Positions 50,393-64,000 of a stretch of DNA of 64,000 bases are shown here, piece after piece. Source of the DNA: Octopus bimaculoides (lineage: Eukaryota); assembly GCF_001194135.2 (NCBI RefSeq), contig NC_068986.1, positions 11,404,959 to 11,468,958 of the forward strand, given 5' to 3'. Made by a program: the position numbers and the translations under genes. Position 1 is the first letter of the stretch, and the number at the start of each line of letters is the position of its first letter. The notes below the pieces were generated by a model. The model ran no database searches and was not told the DNA's origin. It was given only the letters and a program-made list of their open reading frames with translations.

Positions 50393-53300
50393 CTAGAAAG
50401 GGCATCCAACTGTAGAAACAATGCCAAAGCCAGCATTGGTGTCTGTTGTAGCTCTGTTGTGCACTGGACGCTGTCAGACCATCCAACACATGCCACCATA
50501 GAAAACGGATGTTAAATGGTGATGATGATGATGATGATGATACAAATGGTATCATTTGGCATAGTAAGCCAAGTGCCTGTTGTAATTCTTTAGAGGTGTA
50601 GATTGCGCTTTGAGAGGTCAAAAGTATTCTAGAAGTGGATGTAATTTTCATGTGAGATTAAATAAGCTAAGAAATTATATTTTGATGCTTTAAAGAAATT
50701 CAGAATGTTGGTATCAAGCACCTATATTATTCCACCACAAACTAAGAGAAATAAATAAAATAAAAATCATTCCGGTATGAATAGGAACCTTTGAAGTTTC
50801 CTTTTGTTGATAAATTCATTGATGCCTCAGTGAAGTATTGATACAAACTCCCAGCTGCTTTGGAAAGCTGTTGTTGGTTTTCACAGGTCTTATACAAACT
50901 TGATATAATAAGGGTTACTTCGATCACTAGTTTTGCTACAATGTTTTATATCTGGATAAAGGATGAAGCAGATCATCTTCTATAGGGAACTGGGGGAGCT
51001 TCAAATTCTGTATAATAATTATCTACACAGATGAGTTTTATTTTTTTAACTGGACTTGCCAATAACAACCAAAATCTGTGAATGCCATGGTGTTTTACTT
51101 GTTTTTGTGAGAACATCTCTTACAAGTTTTGAAATTTCTTGTACAAATTGGATGAAGTTTATTGAAGTGTATTTAATACAGCCAGATGTCCTTCCTGTTA
51201 ACAACCCATACCTGTTTCCAAGCAAAGTAATATTTCCTCATGGCCAGATACAGTGAATGGCACTTCTTGGATACACTGAATTCCAACTCTCATGCAATAT
51301 CAAGACAAGGAGACATGCACACAGTGGGCGTCTTTCAATTTCAAAACTTTGATTGGCCTGGGGCCCAAGGTACCATGCAGTGGGACTGAACCTGAAACCT
51401 TGTAGTTTGGAAGCAAACTTCTTAACCACACAACCGTGCCTGTGCCCCTCTAATTCTGCAAATTCTTGATTTTCTGTTTTCTTTGGGTTTTTGAAATAAT
51501 CATCATTTAACATACATTCTTCCATGCCTACATGGGTCAGATGGAATTTGTTTAGGCAGATTTTCTATGGCTGGATGCCAACCCTTACCCATTTTCAAGC
51601 AAAGTAATGTTTTCTCCATGGCCAGACATGTTTTTTCTACAAAAGATTGAAAACGAATAATGTCACTTATATGACAATGCCTTTTGTTTACAACTTTAAT
51701 ATCAAGTGAAGGGCTCATGCCTGCATGTATACATACACATGCGCGCACACACACAACAGGCTTCTTTCAGTTTCTATCTATTGAATTCAATCACAAGGCT
51801 TTGGTTGGCCTGAAGATGTAGAAAACACTTGCACAATGGAACTGCACTGCACAGTTGGACAGAGCCTGAGACCACATGGTTAGGAATCAAGGTTTTTAAC
51901 CACACAACCATCTCACATAGGTAAAAACTGTTGGATCTATATTTTATTGGTAGCCATTCCAGAATTTATCAAAAGTTAAGAAGTGATAAGAAACTCTCAA
52001 GAGAGCTAATCAGCAGAAGGTCTTCAGGGGAGAATCCCCAACTCAGACAAGTGTTTCAGCCTTTAACTTCCTACATTCTGAGGAGGCTAGGCCACATCCA
52101 GGTCATGATTCTTGGGTACTTTTTTGCTGGCTGACACTTTTTAGCCAGTTGGATATTAGAGGCTTGTGCATTTTAACTGCCTCTATTATAAATATCTATT
52201 ATAAATGTTAGCTTTTTTTGGTCTAGCTTATCTTGTCCATTTGGATTCAGCAATTGATAATTATTAAACTGATGAAATCATTGTGATAATATCAATATTC
52301 TTCAATCAACTTTAAAAGATTCATATATTATTAACACCTGCCATGACTGGTGTGTTAATCAGGAGAGGTAAGAGCCATAACTGTTATATAGTCAAGAAGC
52401 CTTAAACATAAAACTATTTAATGCTTTAATTTTACACTGTCTCTTAATTTTCACTAAAAAAAAAAAATTGTGACATACTAGAATGGAATATACTCACGCT
52501 GTCATGCTAAAATACTTTGTCCCTAAGAGTTCATTACATTGTTTATTTGAAGAGGTATTATGACATAACTATATAGTGAAATAATCCCAGATAAAACTCT
52601 TGTCTCTAATATTGGATACATCTTATGTTAAGGAATCATCACAGATCACACAGCGACTCACTTCTTGAAAGAAAAGAATAGAGAGAAAGAAAGAAAACTC
52701 CAGACTAATGTTGTCATAAACAGATTTTTCACATAACTTCCCAACACTCTTCTTTGTCGTTGCTCCTCCTCCCGTTTGATCTGTTAACTCTTAACTCTCT
52801 TAGGTCAATCCCGACTGCCTTGATCTATGACTTATTTCAAGTATTACTGCCTGCATTGTCATCAACTAATTGTAATGTCACTCATTTCACTTCGTCGCCC
52901 TCACATGTTCTTCATATATCTTGAATGTCTTATAATCAGCTTGTGCTGTCTTATTGCCAGCCACATTATCTTCCTTCTTCAAACTTAAGTCTCTTTCTCA
53001 TTCACTTCCTACATTTAGCAGATCATATTTCTCTTAATCCTCTCTGGCTTTTACAGTTTTTCTCCTTCCAATTACCAACTTAACATGCCTGACACTGCTG
53101 CACTTCTGACATATTTAACATATTGTAGTCCTTTTTAGATAAACAAAAAAACTCTGCTTCTCTAATTCATATTAGGACATAGTCATATAAGTTATCTGTT
53201 GATCTTTCAAATGTTGGTTTTACTTGTAGTCATTTGAAATATCGTTACATTTTCCTCCCCCCACTGGATGCACTGCTTACATGCCCTGTCTCTGCTTTTT

Positions 53301-53833
53301 CTTGCATTTATTTATATGTTACTAAGGGAATGAAGGTTGAAACCACTTTATAACCTTGCCATATTGTTCCCACCCACTCAGTTCAAGCCAATTCTTCCAT
53401 TTGCAATCGTCACTTGTTTTTACACTGAGGACTAGGCATCTACATTTATTAGATAAGATAAAGTTTTCTTTTTTCTTTTTTATAGAAGCTGAAGATAAAG
53501 TAGAACCCATCTAAATAGACATTTAGCTTACTGTTTTGTAAAGAATAATGGGGGTGGGGGAAGAGAAAATACCTATCTTAAACATTAAGTTTACTGTTTT
53601 GCAACAACCAATTTCATTTATAACTCGGCTCTTGACTCTAAATAGTTTCTCAACAGCTGTTTCACTGGCAGTATAACAATGATGCTGTCAGGGTCATTCA
53701 CCAAAACCAAACAAGGAAAAATGATCATGGATATGAAATGGACTAGACTAAATAATCATACCAATGATGGTGCTCCAGCATGGCCACAACCCCTGGTTGA
53801 AGCAAGGAAAATTATGTGTGCATGCACACACAC

Positions 53834-54943
53834 AGATATGTTTAGTACACTCTGTAAAGTGGTTGATGATAGGAAGGGTACCCAGCTATAGAAAACACTG
53901 CCAATGTAGACATTGGAGCTTAATGTTGTCCCCAAACTCATTGGATCCTACAAAACCACTCCATCAGCACAGAAGGAAGATATTAAATGGTAAAGATATG
54001 TACATATATATCTACAGGGTGATTCAAAATTTCCGCACAGGAAAAATTAATTTTTCTATAGAAAACAGTTTTCAAGATTTTGATAAGTGTAACACATCCC
54101 AGCCACTACTGTCCTCAGTTCTAGTCCAAACCAAATTAGTAGCACCTATCAAAGTCCCAGGTATGGGTCAACTAGCACATTAAGGCCTGCCTGCCTGTGG
54201 AGACTATCATGTAGAAACTTTCATGGTTCAACAGAAAGGAAGTTTGGCTGCAGCAATGCATTGGAGAGAGATCAAAGTAAGGCAAATAAGACATCTTGGT
54301 CATCCACTGCCCCCATCCCCAGTCGCCTTGACCTGGTCTTGCCACTGGTTACAGACAAGAGAGTGAGGTTGGTGGTGTGCAACCCTTCTTCACTTTAAAG
54401 CTACCACTCATCCCTAAGGAGGACTAGATTGTCCTCATCATTCTTAAGGACGAACATGTGTGTGTGTGTGTGAAAAGTCACCATACAACAGGCTCTATAT
54501 GGTTACCATTGTTTTGAATACACATTGTAATACGTTTACCCCACTCATTGTAATCTTGTAATAGCACATCTAGTGGTACGTGTGCAAATGAGTTGGTGAT
54601 GCGTTCCTTCAAATGATTTATGTCTTTTATGTTTCCGCGATACACCATGCCTTTCAAACGCCCCCAAAGATAGAAATCAAGAGGGATCAGATTAGGGGAT
54701 CTTATAAACTGTTTTCTATAGAAAAATTAATTTTTCCTGTGCGGAAATTTTGAATCACCCTGTAGATATATATGTACATATCTTTACCATTTAATATCTT
54801 CCTTCTGTGCTGATGGAGTGGTTTTGTAGGATCCAATGAGTTTGGGGACAACATTAAGCTCCAATGTCTACATTGGCAGTGTTTTCTATAGCTGGGTACC
54901 CTTCCTATCATCAACCACTTTACAGAGTGTACTAAACATATCT
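53834..54943. repeat. Perfect 238-bp inverted duplication with a 634-bp spacer
   Basis: 53834-54071 is the exact reverse complement of 54706-54943 by my base comparison; the ORF track also shows the same peptide on both strands. Confidence 0.92.
54478..54764 (-). mobile_element. Internally deleted Tc1/mariner element: TIR joined to the transposase C-terminus
   Basis: TA-CAGGGTGATTCAAAATTTCCG end, then SPNLIPLDFYLWGRLKGMVYRGNIKDINHLKERITNSF and, after a frameshift, KRITMCIQNNGNHIEPVVW* (SPDLxPLDFxLWG motif). Confidence 0.8.
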
Positions 54944-54949
54944 TTATGT

Positions 54950-55311
54950 ATGTGCGCGCACGCGCACACACGTGTATAAAGCATGTACATATGTATACAC
55001 GTAACCACTCAAACGCACGCATCGGAGTAATAGCCCTTTATTTCGCATAATGTGGGCTGGCCAAACACCTAAACATTAATATTTATTAACACATATAAAT
55101 AAATATATTCTGATCTCCAGAAAAGCAAAAATGATATATATATAGATAAAATAAATTTTTAGTTTTCCGAAATTACTCGGAGAATGAAAATTGAAAATTC
55201 TATGGAAAATCATCATAAATGCAAAACTGGATGTAATGAAATCTCTTTGTTGCCGTTAAGAGCATATGCAAAATAAAATAAATAAATAAATAAATAAATC
55301 AAAGAGAATGA

Positions 55312-55346
<35 letters not shown>

Positions 55347-56914
55347 ATATATATATATTCTGTTTTCTAAGAAATAATGTAAAAATCTTATTTGATTTTG
55401 TTTTCTGCGCCTTGTATAGGTCTCTCTTTCTCTCTACCATCTAATATAATCTCCTTCACATCCATGTTGCCTGATCGGAACATTGCTTCAGCCTCGGTAT
55501 ATGACTGGAACTTTATTTTATTATATCGATCCCAAAACGTTTAAAAAGGCAAAGCTGACCTCGGCACCTTTTGTACTCAAATAACAAATGAAGATTTTGT
55601 AACTCATCACTAGCTTTCTCTTGCCTTTATCTACATCCATTGTCATGTGCTTCCTTATCTTTAGAAATTCTAAAAATAACGTGGAGTTCTTTAATTGCAA
55701 ATTCTTTCGATTGCATCTCGGTGTTGTTATCTTTTTCTATCTTGGTGGTCTCTCTCATCCTATTTATGCATGTTGCAGCTCTGAATTTAAAATGTCTTCA
55801 TCGTTGAGGCCTCCACTTCATGCAAAATCAATGCAATTTACCTTCGTTCTGTTCTACACATTCCCAGGTGTAAACAAACCACATCGACTTATGAATGCCA
55901 CGACCATCTAAATTTAGATTGAAATCTTAATTTTTTTTCGCCGTCTGTTATGTAAGCCACAATCCATATCATCTATATAACCACCATTTTAAATGATTGT
56001 TTTGTTTTGTTTTCCAATTAGGCGGGATATTTGGTTACTGCAATAATATCATCCACATTTCCATCTTACCCCCTCCCCTAAATCCCAATATGTATCCCTG
56101 GAGGTGTGTGTGTGGGGGGGGGACTGTTTCGTTAGTTTCCACTTCGCTTTCGTTTTCTTTACATTTTCATTGGACTGCTTGCAAACAGGTGTGTGTGTGT
56201 GTGCGTGCGCTGGACAGCGCAGTAAATGAGATTCATGTGCGCAGTATTCGCAAGCGCAATAACAGAGGTATTTCACCATATTTTCGCATGCGCGCGAGCG
56301 TGTTTTACACACCACAAATACTTGTGTGTATCGGCTGAAGACCCTGTGCACCCCACATGCAAAATTCAGTCTAGGAAGGGAGTGATTGATTCGACCAAAA
56401 TAAAAATATTAATCCCTATGATATTGAGTCCTTTTTTTTTTGTCCGGTGATATTAGTTCCCTTTTTTTTTTGTCCGGCAATCAACACTAGCAGATACATG
56501 CATGCATGATATGTACCAACCCATCTGGAGCAAAGTATGGCTGAACTTCGGTTCCTAGGGATAGAACGCAAATCCTTAATTCATACTTAAAATGATCGCG
56601 ATATCTAGAACCATAGAAATCCGCAAGACTTAAAGGATGAACAAATCAAGAGATTTTGCTTCACAATCTTGCTACCAAGCAGGTGGCCGGTCAAAATTTA
56701 TTCTAAACTAAAAGGAGAACGAAAACATATACACAAACACACACACAGAGAATGGTCGCTGTAGAAAACTTCTGTTTACTATATTTCTTTAAATGAATTT
56801 TGCTTAGCCGTTGTGTCAGATACGTATCTCCCGGGAAATATATAGATTGAAGAAAATCGAGAAAAATAGAGGTAGAATTTCTGATTTGTTGGTTCAAGTG
56901 TATTTCTGTAATTG

Positions 56915-56962
<48 letters not shown>

Positions 56963-57539
56963 CGACAAGAATTTTGACAGATAAGTAGAGCTTGAGAGAG
57001 TGGCAGTGTTGACGGAATATCAAGAGATGTTACTCTCTCTCTTCTAATACTATAATATACATGTTAAATATGTTATCAGTTACTTATAACAAGACAGTTA
57101 TCAAACCATTTCTACAACTGGCGTGCAAATGAAACCACCGTAGGCATTAAAAGCGAGTATCTGCCATTTGTAAACTGTATTTAAAAACTAAACTACTGTT
57201 CAGATCTCACGATTAGAGGGAGAGAGAGAAGCTTGTTGTTTACGAGAAGGTTTTAATGACCTGCTGCTGCTGTTACTACTACAACTACAGCCGCTACTGC
57301 TGTTACTACTATAACAATAGACGTCTTCTGGTTTTTCCTTTCCCCACCACCAGCTCCAATAAAAACTAGTCCGACCATTTGAACTTGCTACAGCTGCCAG
57401 GATGTACAACATGCAGCTGCACGAACCGACGATGACAGGTCGGTTTCGATGAGGGAGAAGGAAAGAGAGAGTGTGAGAGAGAAAGCGAGGCAGTGTGAGG
57501 GGGGAGGTTCCTTGTTCTATTTGTCAGTGCTTATGTATG

Positions 57540-57570
<31 letters not shown>

Positions 57571-57603
57571 CTGCTCTTATTACCAGATCTGCTGCAATCA
57601 TCA

Positions 57604-57650
<47 letters not shown>

Positions 57651-58577
57651 GTTGTTGTTAGTATTAGCGTTAATGATTGACACTAGGCTGTCAGTTGCTT
57701 TGGCTCTGTTCTTATTACTACTACTACTACCACCACCACCTCAAATACTATTACTACTACTACCATCACTACTGCTACTACTATTACTACCACTAGTTTC
57801 ACTCAAACATGGCGGATTGCTTTTGCTGATGTGCTGCAGTAGGAGAGCACCACCACAAGCAGCAGCATGTGGTAAATGCCTTTTCCTTTTTTTTTTTTTT
57901 CTAAACTCCCCTTAAAAAAAAAAAAAAAAAAATTTATATATTACATAAATATATTGTTATATTATTTCTTTATTCCCGATTATTGTTTATTGTTTTGGAA
58001 CCGTGTACCTTTCAGAAATATCTTTGTAAGTCCAAGCAGTCATTCACATAGCAATGCACATCGCCCGTTCGTTGGGTTTTGTGCAGCCCCGGTGGTCATT
58101 CGTTTGTTACTCGATTGCTCTCCCTACCTTGGCTCAACACATCATCAAAGACGAACAACAACCACACCACCACCACCACCACAATATTGTTAATAATACT
58201 GTTATTACTGCTGTTGCTGGATCTGGAACACTAACTGCTCCAGGGATGTGTCCTTTGCTGTCCATGTCGACAATCGTGATGTTACCAAGAGAATAGATAA
58301 TGGCTCAGGCGTTACTACATCTGATGAGCTGTTGTCATTTTCATTAGCTTGCTGCTATTGCTCAACTGGATTTATTTTCATCGCTATCACCTCTGTGTTA
58401 ACCCCGTCAGGATAAATAATCTTTACAACTACTGCTACTACAAGCCCTAATTCCCACACTACTATTTATACTACTACTATTACTATTACTATTATTACTG
58501 CTGCTATACGGAGTTCTTTCTCTAGTGTTAGTTACTACTATGAGGTAGGTAGTGCTGGCTTTCGCGTTTATTTGTCA

Positions 58578-58615
<38 letters not shown>

Positions 58616-58838
58616 ACTCATCATATTACGCGGGTCACACATTAATTAGTATTATGCTAAATATTTTTATTAATTTTTTTAATCAACAAAAAAAAAAATG
58701 TGCCTTTCATTATTGTTGGTATTGCTGTTGTTGTTTAGTTGAATCTACAACGAATACAAAGCGAATAGTTGTAGGGATGGTTCAGATCTCCAATTGCCGA
58801 CCTTTTTAATTCATTTCTTTAAGCCACACATACACATG

Positions 58839-58870
<32 letters not shown>

Positions 58871-60244
58871 ACCATGCAACATATTCATACACACATATCC
58901 ACAATCAAAAGCGATAGTGATTTGTTGTATCGGACTAGAAATACGAGCAGACATTGGTAGCAACCGTTACGCATGCGTGTGTGAATATATGTAAATTGCA
59001 TGCTGACATGTGTCTACAAAGGTATACACACACACATACACACATACACGCGCCCCCCCCCGCGCACGCACAAACACGCACGCACACATCGTCATGTAAT
59101 AATGGAGGGCACTGTGTTGTGAAAATTCAATTAAATGCCTTCAACATAATAATGACCACTCGCCCTTACTTGAAATTTTTTCACGTATTTTTATTCCCCC
59201 CCCCTCTCCCCCCACTTTTTATCTTCAACACTTCAAACATATTTTTGTAAAATTTATTTATGGTTGTTTTTTTTTAAAGCTTAATTTCTTTAAAAAAATA
59301 TTTTATCACGATGGCAACCATCGCCGTCGTGGTTCTGGTTAGGGGAGAAAAAAGGCATTTTTATTTTATCTGCCGTTATTTCTTCCGTTTTCTTTGAAAT
59401 GGAAACACATGTCTATGTATTTATAACGATCGATGGTAGAGTTGTTGGTGATGGAAAAGACTAAATCTCTTCTCCACTAATGGTTATATGCTGTTGTTGT
59501 TATTATAACATAGATCTTGGTATTGTTTTAAAATGGACTGTTTTTAAGTCTTAAATAATTCAGGCGCTGCTCTCATTATATTTACATGTTCGTGTTTGTC
59601 TGCAAGTCGATTTACATCAGATTTTTCGACGGATCTCAACTGCAATCCCCGCTACATTTAATATATTTATACACCAGTCATGACTGCACCCTTTTATATC
59701 GTATCTATTTTACTCGAATCTTACGTATTAGGGGGACCTAATTCACATTTTTAGGTTAATTATTTTGATTAATTGTCATTGAATTACCTAATTATTCATT
59801 CCATAAATCTATTTTTCTCTTTTTTCAATGAGAATCGGTTTTGAATATAAAACCAAACATCTAATTTTTATGGTGAGAGAATTACTGAGAGAAAATTCGG
59901 TCAATATCTCGATTTATTTGTTGTAAATATAAATCAGTGTTTGGACATCGTTTTAGATATTTATAAATCTGTTATTATTTTTCAATTAACTGATTGAAAC
60001 ATGAAATTGAATACTTTACCAATGCTCATTTCAATGTCAACATATAACCCATTTATTTCATTTGAAGTGAATCCCGATCATTTTATTTATTTATTTATAT
60101 TTTTAATTAATCCGAAGATTAATCGGTGATGGATGCCTTCTTTATACTCCTTAGTTGCCTCGCTGGTTTTATATTTTATGAAAGCTCAATCACATTTATN
60201 NNNNNNNNNNNNNNNNNNNNNNNNNNNNNNNNNNNNNNNNNNNN

Positions 60245-60278
<34 letters not shown>

Positions 60279-60650
60279 CATATACACACGATTGGTCGCA
60301 CGAACAGTTACGATGTTTTTTCACGCTTTCTGTACGATGCATTCGAGAAATGATTGCAAACATTTGAACTAACTGGTGATTTGATTACAGATGTTATTAC
60401 TCAGAGTATAAGGACGGAAATTGAAGTGATTGTTGGTCTGAGTAAGTTGAATTTCTGATAGTCTAGAACTGAGAAAAGAAACGTCTGCAAATCTCAATGT
60501 AATGTAATATTCTTCCAACAACATCCACAGCGTCCAGCCAGACTGGCGGGCTGCATCATATCTCGCAGACATTGAAGGGAACTCCTTTAAAACGAATAAA
60601 CATTATGCAACAAGTTGATCGGTTTAACAAGGATATTTGGCAAACTTCCC

Positions 60651-60681
<31 letters not shown>

Positions 60682-62300
60682 CACTACTAATTAGTAGTAA
60701 TTATTTCTAATAATCAGATACTGTATATTAGTACGCAGATTCCTGGTTTTACTTGTAAACTTTGGTAAACCCGTGTAATCGTGAGACTTAAGATAACTTA
60801 TTTGGGTTTACATTGCAAAAGCGAGGACGAACATTTAAGATTTTTAATGTTAAGTTGATAAACTCCACTAGTTAAAAGCAGTTGTCTAGGTTTGTTATAA
60901 AACTCTCCTGCTTACCTTTTTATTGGTGTTTATCAAGTTCTTCCACAAGAAATCACACAAATGATATTAATTACATGATTTGAAGTTAGCATCTGTAGAA
61001 TAAAATTAATTCTATTCTTTAAACACACACCCCTAGTTTCACCGTTTTTGAAAAAACAAAAAAAAAAACCAAAACAAAACAAAACAAAGAAAAAGACACC
61101 CTAATCTTAATATATTTAAATGAATGAACAGGAGACTGGCTTTTTCTTTTTATTTCATCGGCTCCAGGCTAAAAATAGTTTAATGTCTATCCTTATCCTT
61201 GATTTTTTTTTAAAGACATCTCTTTTATAGGTGAAAATTATACAAATAAAATATAGATATTTGATAGAATGTTTAGAGATACCAATATTTTCTGGAGTAT
61301 AGTTGGTGTACACACACACACACAAATTGTATTTGGCGATTGCGTTTGAAACGGAAGGAAGCAGCAATAAAATGGGGTGGCGGGTACATCAAGCAGATGA
61401 AGGTATATTAATATATTTAATGATTGGTGAGTGTTTTGTTGCATTCCAGGGGAATTCCCTTAGAACGAAACAGTAAGAGTCACCTCGCAGTAAAGAAACA
61501 GTAAATTTGTGTGTGTGTGTGTGTGTCCCCACTTCGCACACAATATTCAGTATGTTTATAAACACTCATACATGTATACATTTGTGTGTGTGTGTGTGTA
61601 TGCACATACACTGTCACATATATATAATTCCGAATCATTCTATTTAATCATAAATGCATGTATGTGTGTGTATATCAAATACCATTTTTCAGAGAAACTA
61701 TTTTTGATATGCAAACCACCAAGGAAAGAAAACTGCAATTCATTCATAAAATCGCTAGTTGCTAAAGGAAGTTACGTTTGGACGTAGTTTTTATGCATAT
61801 ATTAAAATATGCCACAGATCAGTAGCATATGCATTAATTTAATTTTTTTATAGTGCCTCAAATATGTTCGGCTTAAACCAGTAGACACTGGCAACTAAAC
61901 ACTTTAATTTTGCAACGGTGTGTGTGTTGTTTTTAATGTCTGCTTATCCATGCTGGCTTTGGTCAGAAACATTTTCTGCTGCTGGATGTCCTTCCTGTCA
62001 CCATCTGTCACCCGTTTCCACGTAAAATAATGTTTTCATGGCAGATTGAAAATGAAGGACACTACTTTTTAACACTGCAACAAGAAGACACCCACATGCA
62101 CACACGCACCCGTTTTCTTTCAGTTTCTGTTTACCAAATTCACCCACAGGGCTTTGGTCGATCCAAGTCTATACCAGAAGACACCTGCTCAAGGTGCCAT
62201 ACAGTAGGACTAGACCCAGGACGAAATGGTTTGGAAGCAAGCCCATTAACCACACACACACACACATACACACACATACACACACACACACACACTTAAT
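54950..62300. promoter_or_regulatory. CpG-retaining, promoter-like region
   Basis: CpG is visibly frequent here (9 in 56221-56340) but nearly absent from the preceding unique DNA. Motifs include NRF1-like CGCATGCGCG (56285-56294), YY1-like AAACATGGCGG (57805-57815), GA tracts and several strong splice donors. CpG o/e was not computed. Confidence 0.5.
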
Positions 62301-62429
62301 AACTTAATATTTCTATATAAGTTTTCCTATCTACCCTAATTTACACTAGTAAATTCAAAAGTAGTGTATGAAGAAACAGCGTTAGAAATCTTATGAAATT
62401 ACTCCAGTAAAAAGGACAAACTCGCATCC

Positions 62430-62437
62430 AACCTTTT

Positions 62438-62491
<54 letters not shown>

Positions 62492-62754
62492 TAAATAAAT
62501 AAATAAAAGTATATTAAAAATATATATATAATATATATATATAAATCTTTTAAAAATATATATATATATAAAAATCTTTTTATATGTGTATAAATCTTTT
62601 TAAAAATATGTATATATAATAAACCGTTTAAAAAATATTTATATAAAAGTATATATAATATAAACCTTTTAAAATATAAAAGTATATATAATATCTAAAC
62701 CTTTTTAAAAAAGATATAGAAAAGTACATCATATATAATATATAAACTTTTTAA

Positions 62755-62755
<1 letters not shown>
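62430..62755. repeat. (TA)n, (TAAA)n and a degenerate ~25-30-bp AT-rich tandem repeat
   Basis: Recurrent TATATATAAA(T/C)CTTTTTAAAAA units. Confidence 0.75.
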
Positions 62756-62795
<40 letters not shown>

Positions 62796-63699
62796 ACGCA
62801 TTCATCTGGTGAAGATTCACTTTATACTTAATATCAAATGTATATATTGTAATATTTTTTATATTGTAGTTTCTGCATTATGAAAGTTTGGTTAATTTAT
62901 ATAGGAAATGTGGTCTCTTGTTTTGACCTTGCAACAATTTTTGCAAAATCTTTTATGTTATTTTTGGGTGTATTCAACTTTAAGTTAATAATCAATAAGC
63001 CAGTGAACTATAAACAAATGAAGGCAAGTTTAATTGCAGCTAGTGTTTAAGACAAAACATAATATTTAAAATAGCATTATACTGTTAACTGCTCATCTAT
63101 ATATATATATATGATCCTCAGCATTAAGGATCCTCACACCTTAACTAAATGGAATTTCTCTCATTATTAGAGAAACAGCAAAAATTTTGTTTTAAGTTTG
63201 TTTTTGTTGACTTTGGTGACTTTTCACCAATTTTGGTTGCTTCTATCGTTCGTCTGGCCCTTTTAATACCAATCTGCTTTAGGCCAACCCTGGTTCAATG
63301 GTACAAAACTTTGTGATCTAAATTAGAACATTCCACTAAAATTTCATGTTATTTTGCAAACAATTAATAATAAAAATTGTTATTAATTGTTTGTAAAATA
63401 ATGTGAAAATTTTTTTTTTCTTTCTAAATTCTTTATATTCCAAATTATTTGAAACAAAGGCAGTTTATTTCAACAGGAATTTGGTAACAAAAATGTTAAT
63501 TCTTTTCCTCTTACTTTGAAATGGTAATTTGGGTTACCATTTGAATTCTTGCAAACTCTTGACTCCTGGATTGTGCTTTATAATTTCATCTCACTGGCTA
63601 AAACCTGCAATAATTTCTGTTCCATAAATTTTTTAGAATATATGCATATGTGAGTGGAGTGGAGTGGATGTCTTCATGAATGGATGTGTGCATGTGTAA

Positions 63700-63868
63700 A
63701 CCATATTTGCTTGTGTATAAGTTACACCCCTTATTTAGTGCTATATCATGGTACAAATTCTTTTTCCATCATAGTATTAGCTTTGCTCCATGTATAAAGT
63801 TGCACCCCAGTTTTTTTCAGTAAAAACAAGTACAAAATATGCAACTAATATTCAAGTAAATAAGGTTA
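63700..63868. mobile_element. pogo/Tc2-like MITE, decayed
   Basis: Imperfect TIRs ACCATATTTGCTTGTGTATAAGTTACACC / TATGCAACTAATATTCAAGTAAATAAGGT, plus an internal GTATAAAGTTGCACCCC repeat. Confidence 0.45.
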
Positions 63869-64000
63869 TTTAGCCGATTTCTAATATTCTAATCCCATAG
63901 TTGTTTAGAAACAGTTGAAATAGCTAAATGCTCATCTTCATTCATATTTAGTCTCTAAAATAATTCTCCTACCGTCTTTTTTTTATATATATTTTTTTTT

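Noticed and set aside
53486-53514. Phase-1 terminal exon candidate (E)AEDKVEPI* after a strong pyrimidine tract
   Set aside because: No nearby AATAAA and no homology.
57809-57871. ATG GCG GAT TGC TTT TGC TGA read as a selenoprotein start (MADCFCU)
   Set aside because: No SECIS or family similarity; ATGGCG is better explained as a YY1-type motif or uORF.
58321-58355. CTGATGAG plus hairpin (also CTGATGAAGTAC at about 8729)
   Set aside because: No GAAA follows the stem, so there is no hammerhead core.

Overview
AT-rich, microsatellite-rich eukaryotic DNA with six N gaps. The repeat families suggest an octopus (inference, not database-checked). It is almost all intronic or intergenic repeat: tRNA-derived SINEs, RTE and CR1/L2-type LINE 3' ends, TTAA-, hAT- and pogo-type MITEs, and decayed Tc1/mariner transposase. 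The only host coding sequence I can support is one 105-nt + strand exon (18554-18658) encoding the N-terminal zinc finger of an ataxin-7 (Sgf73) homologue; its neighbouring exons were not found. No ORF in the supplied track looks like an intact gene. The most striking signal is a ~530-bp fold-back retroelement present twice, in opposite orientation (9545-10073, 19607-20063). Each arm has a tRNA-like Pol III head, an (AAT)n linker and a minimal type-I hammerhead ribozyme, and each whole palindrome is flanked by a target-site duplication. Also notable: a perfect 238-bp inverted duplication (53834-54943) lying at the switch from CpG-depleted DNA to a CpG-retaining, promoter-like region (about 55-62 kb).
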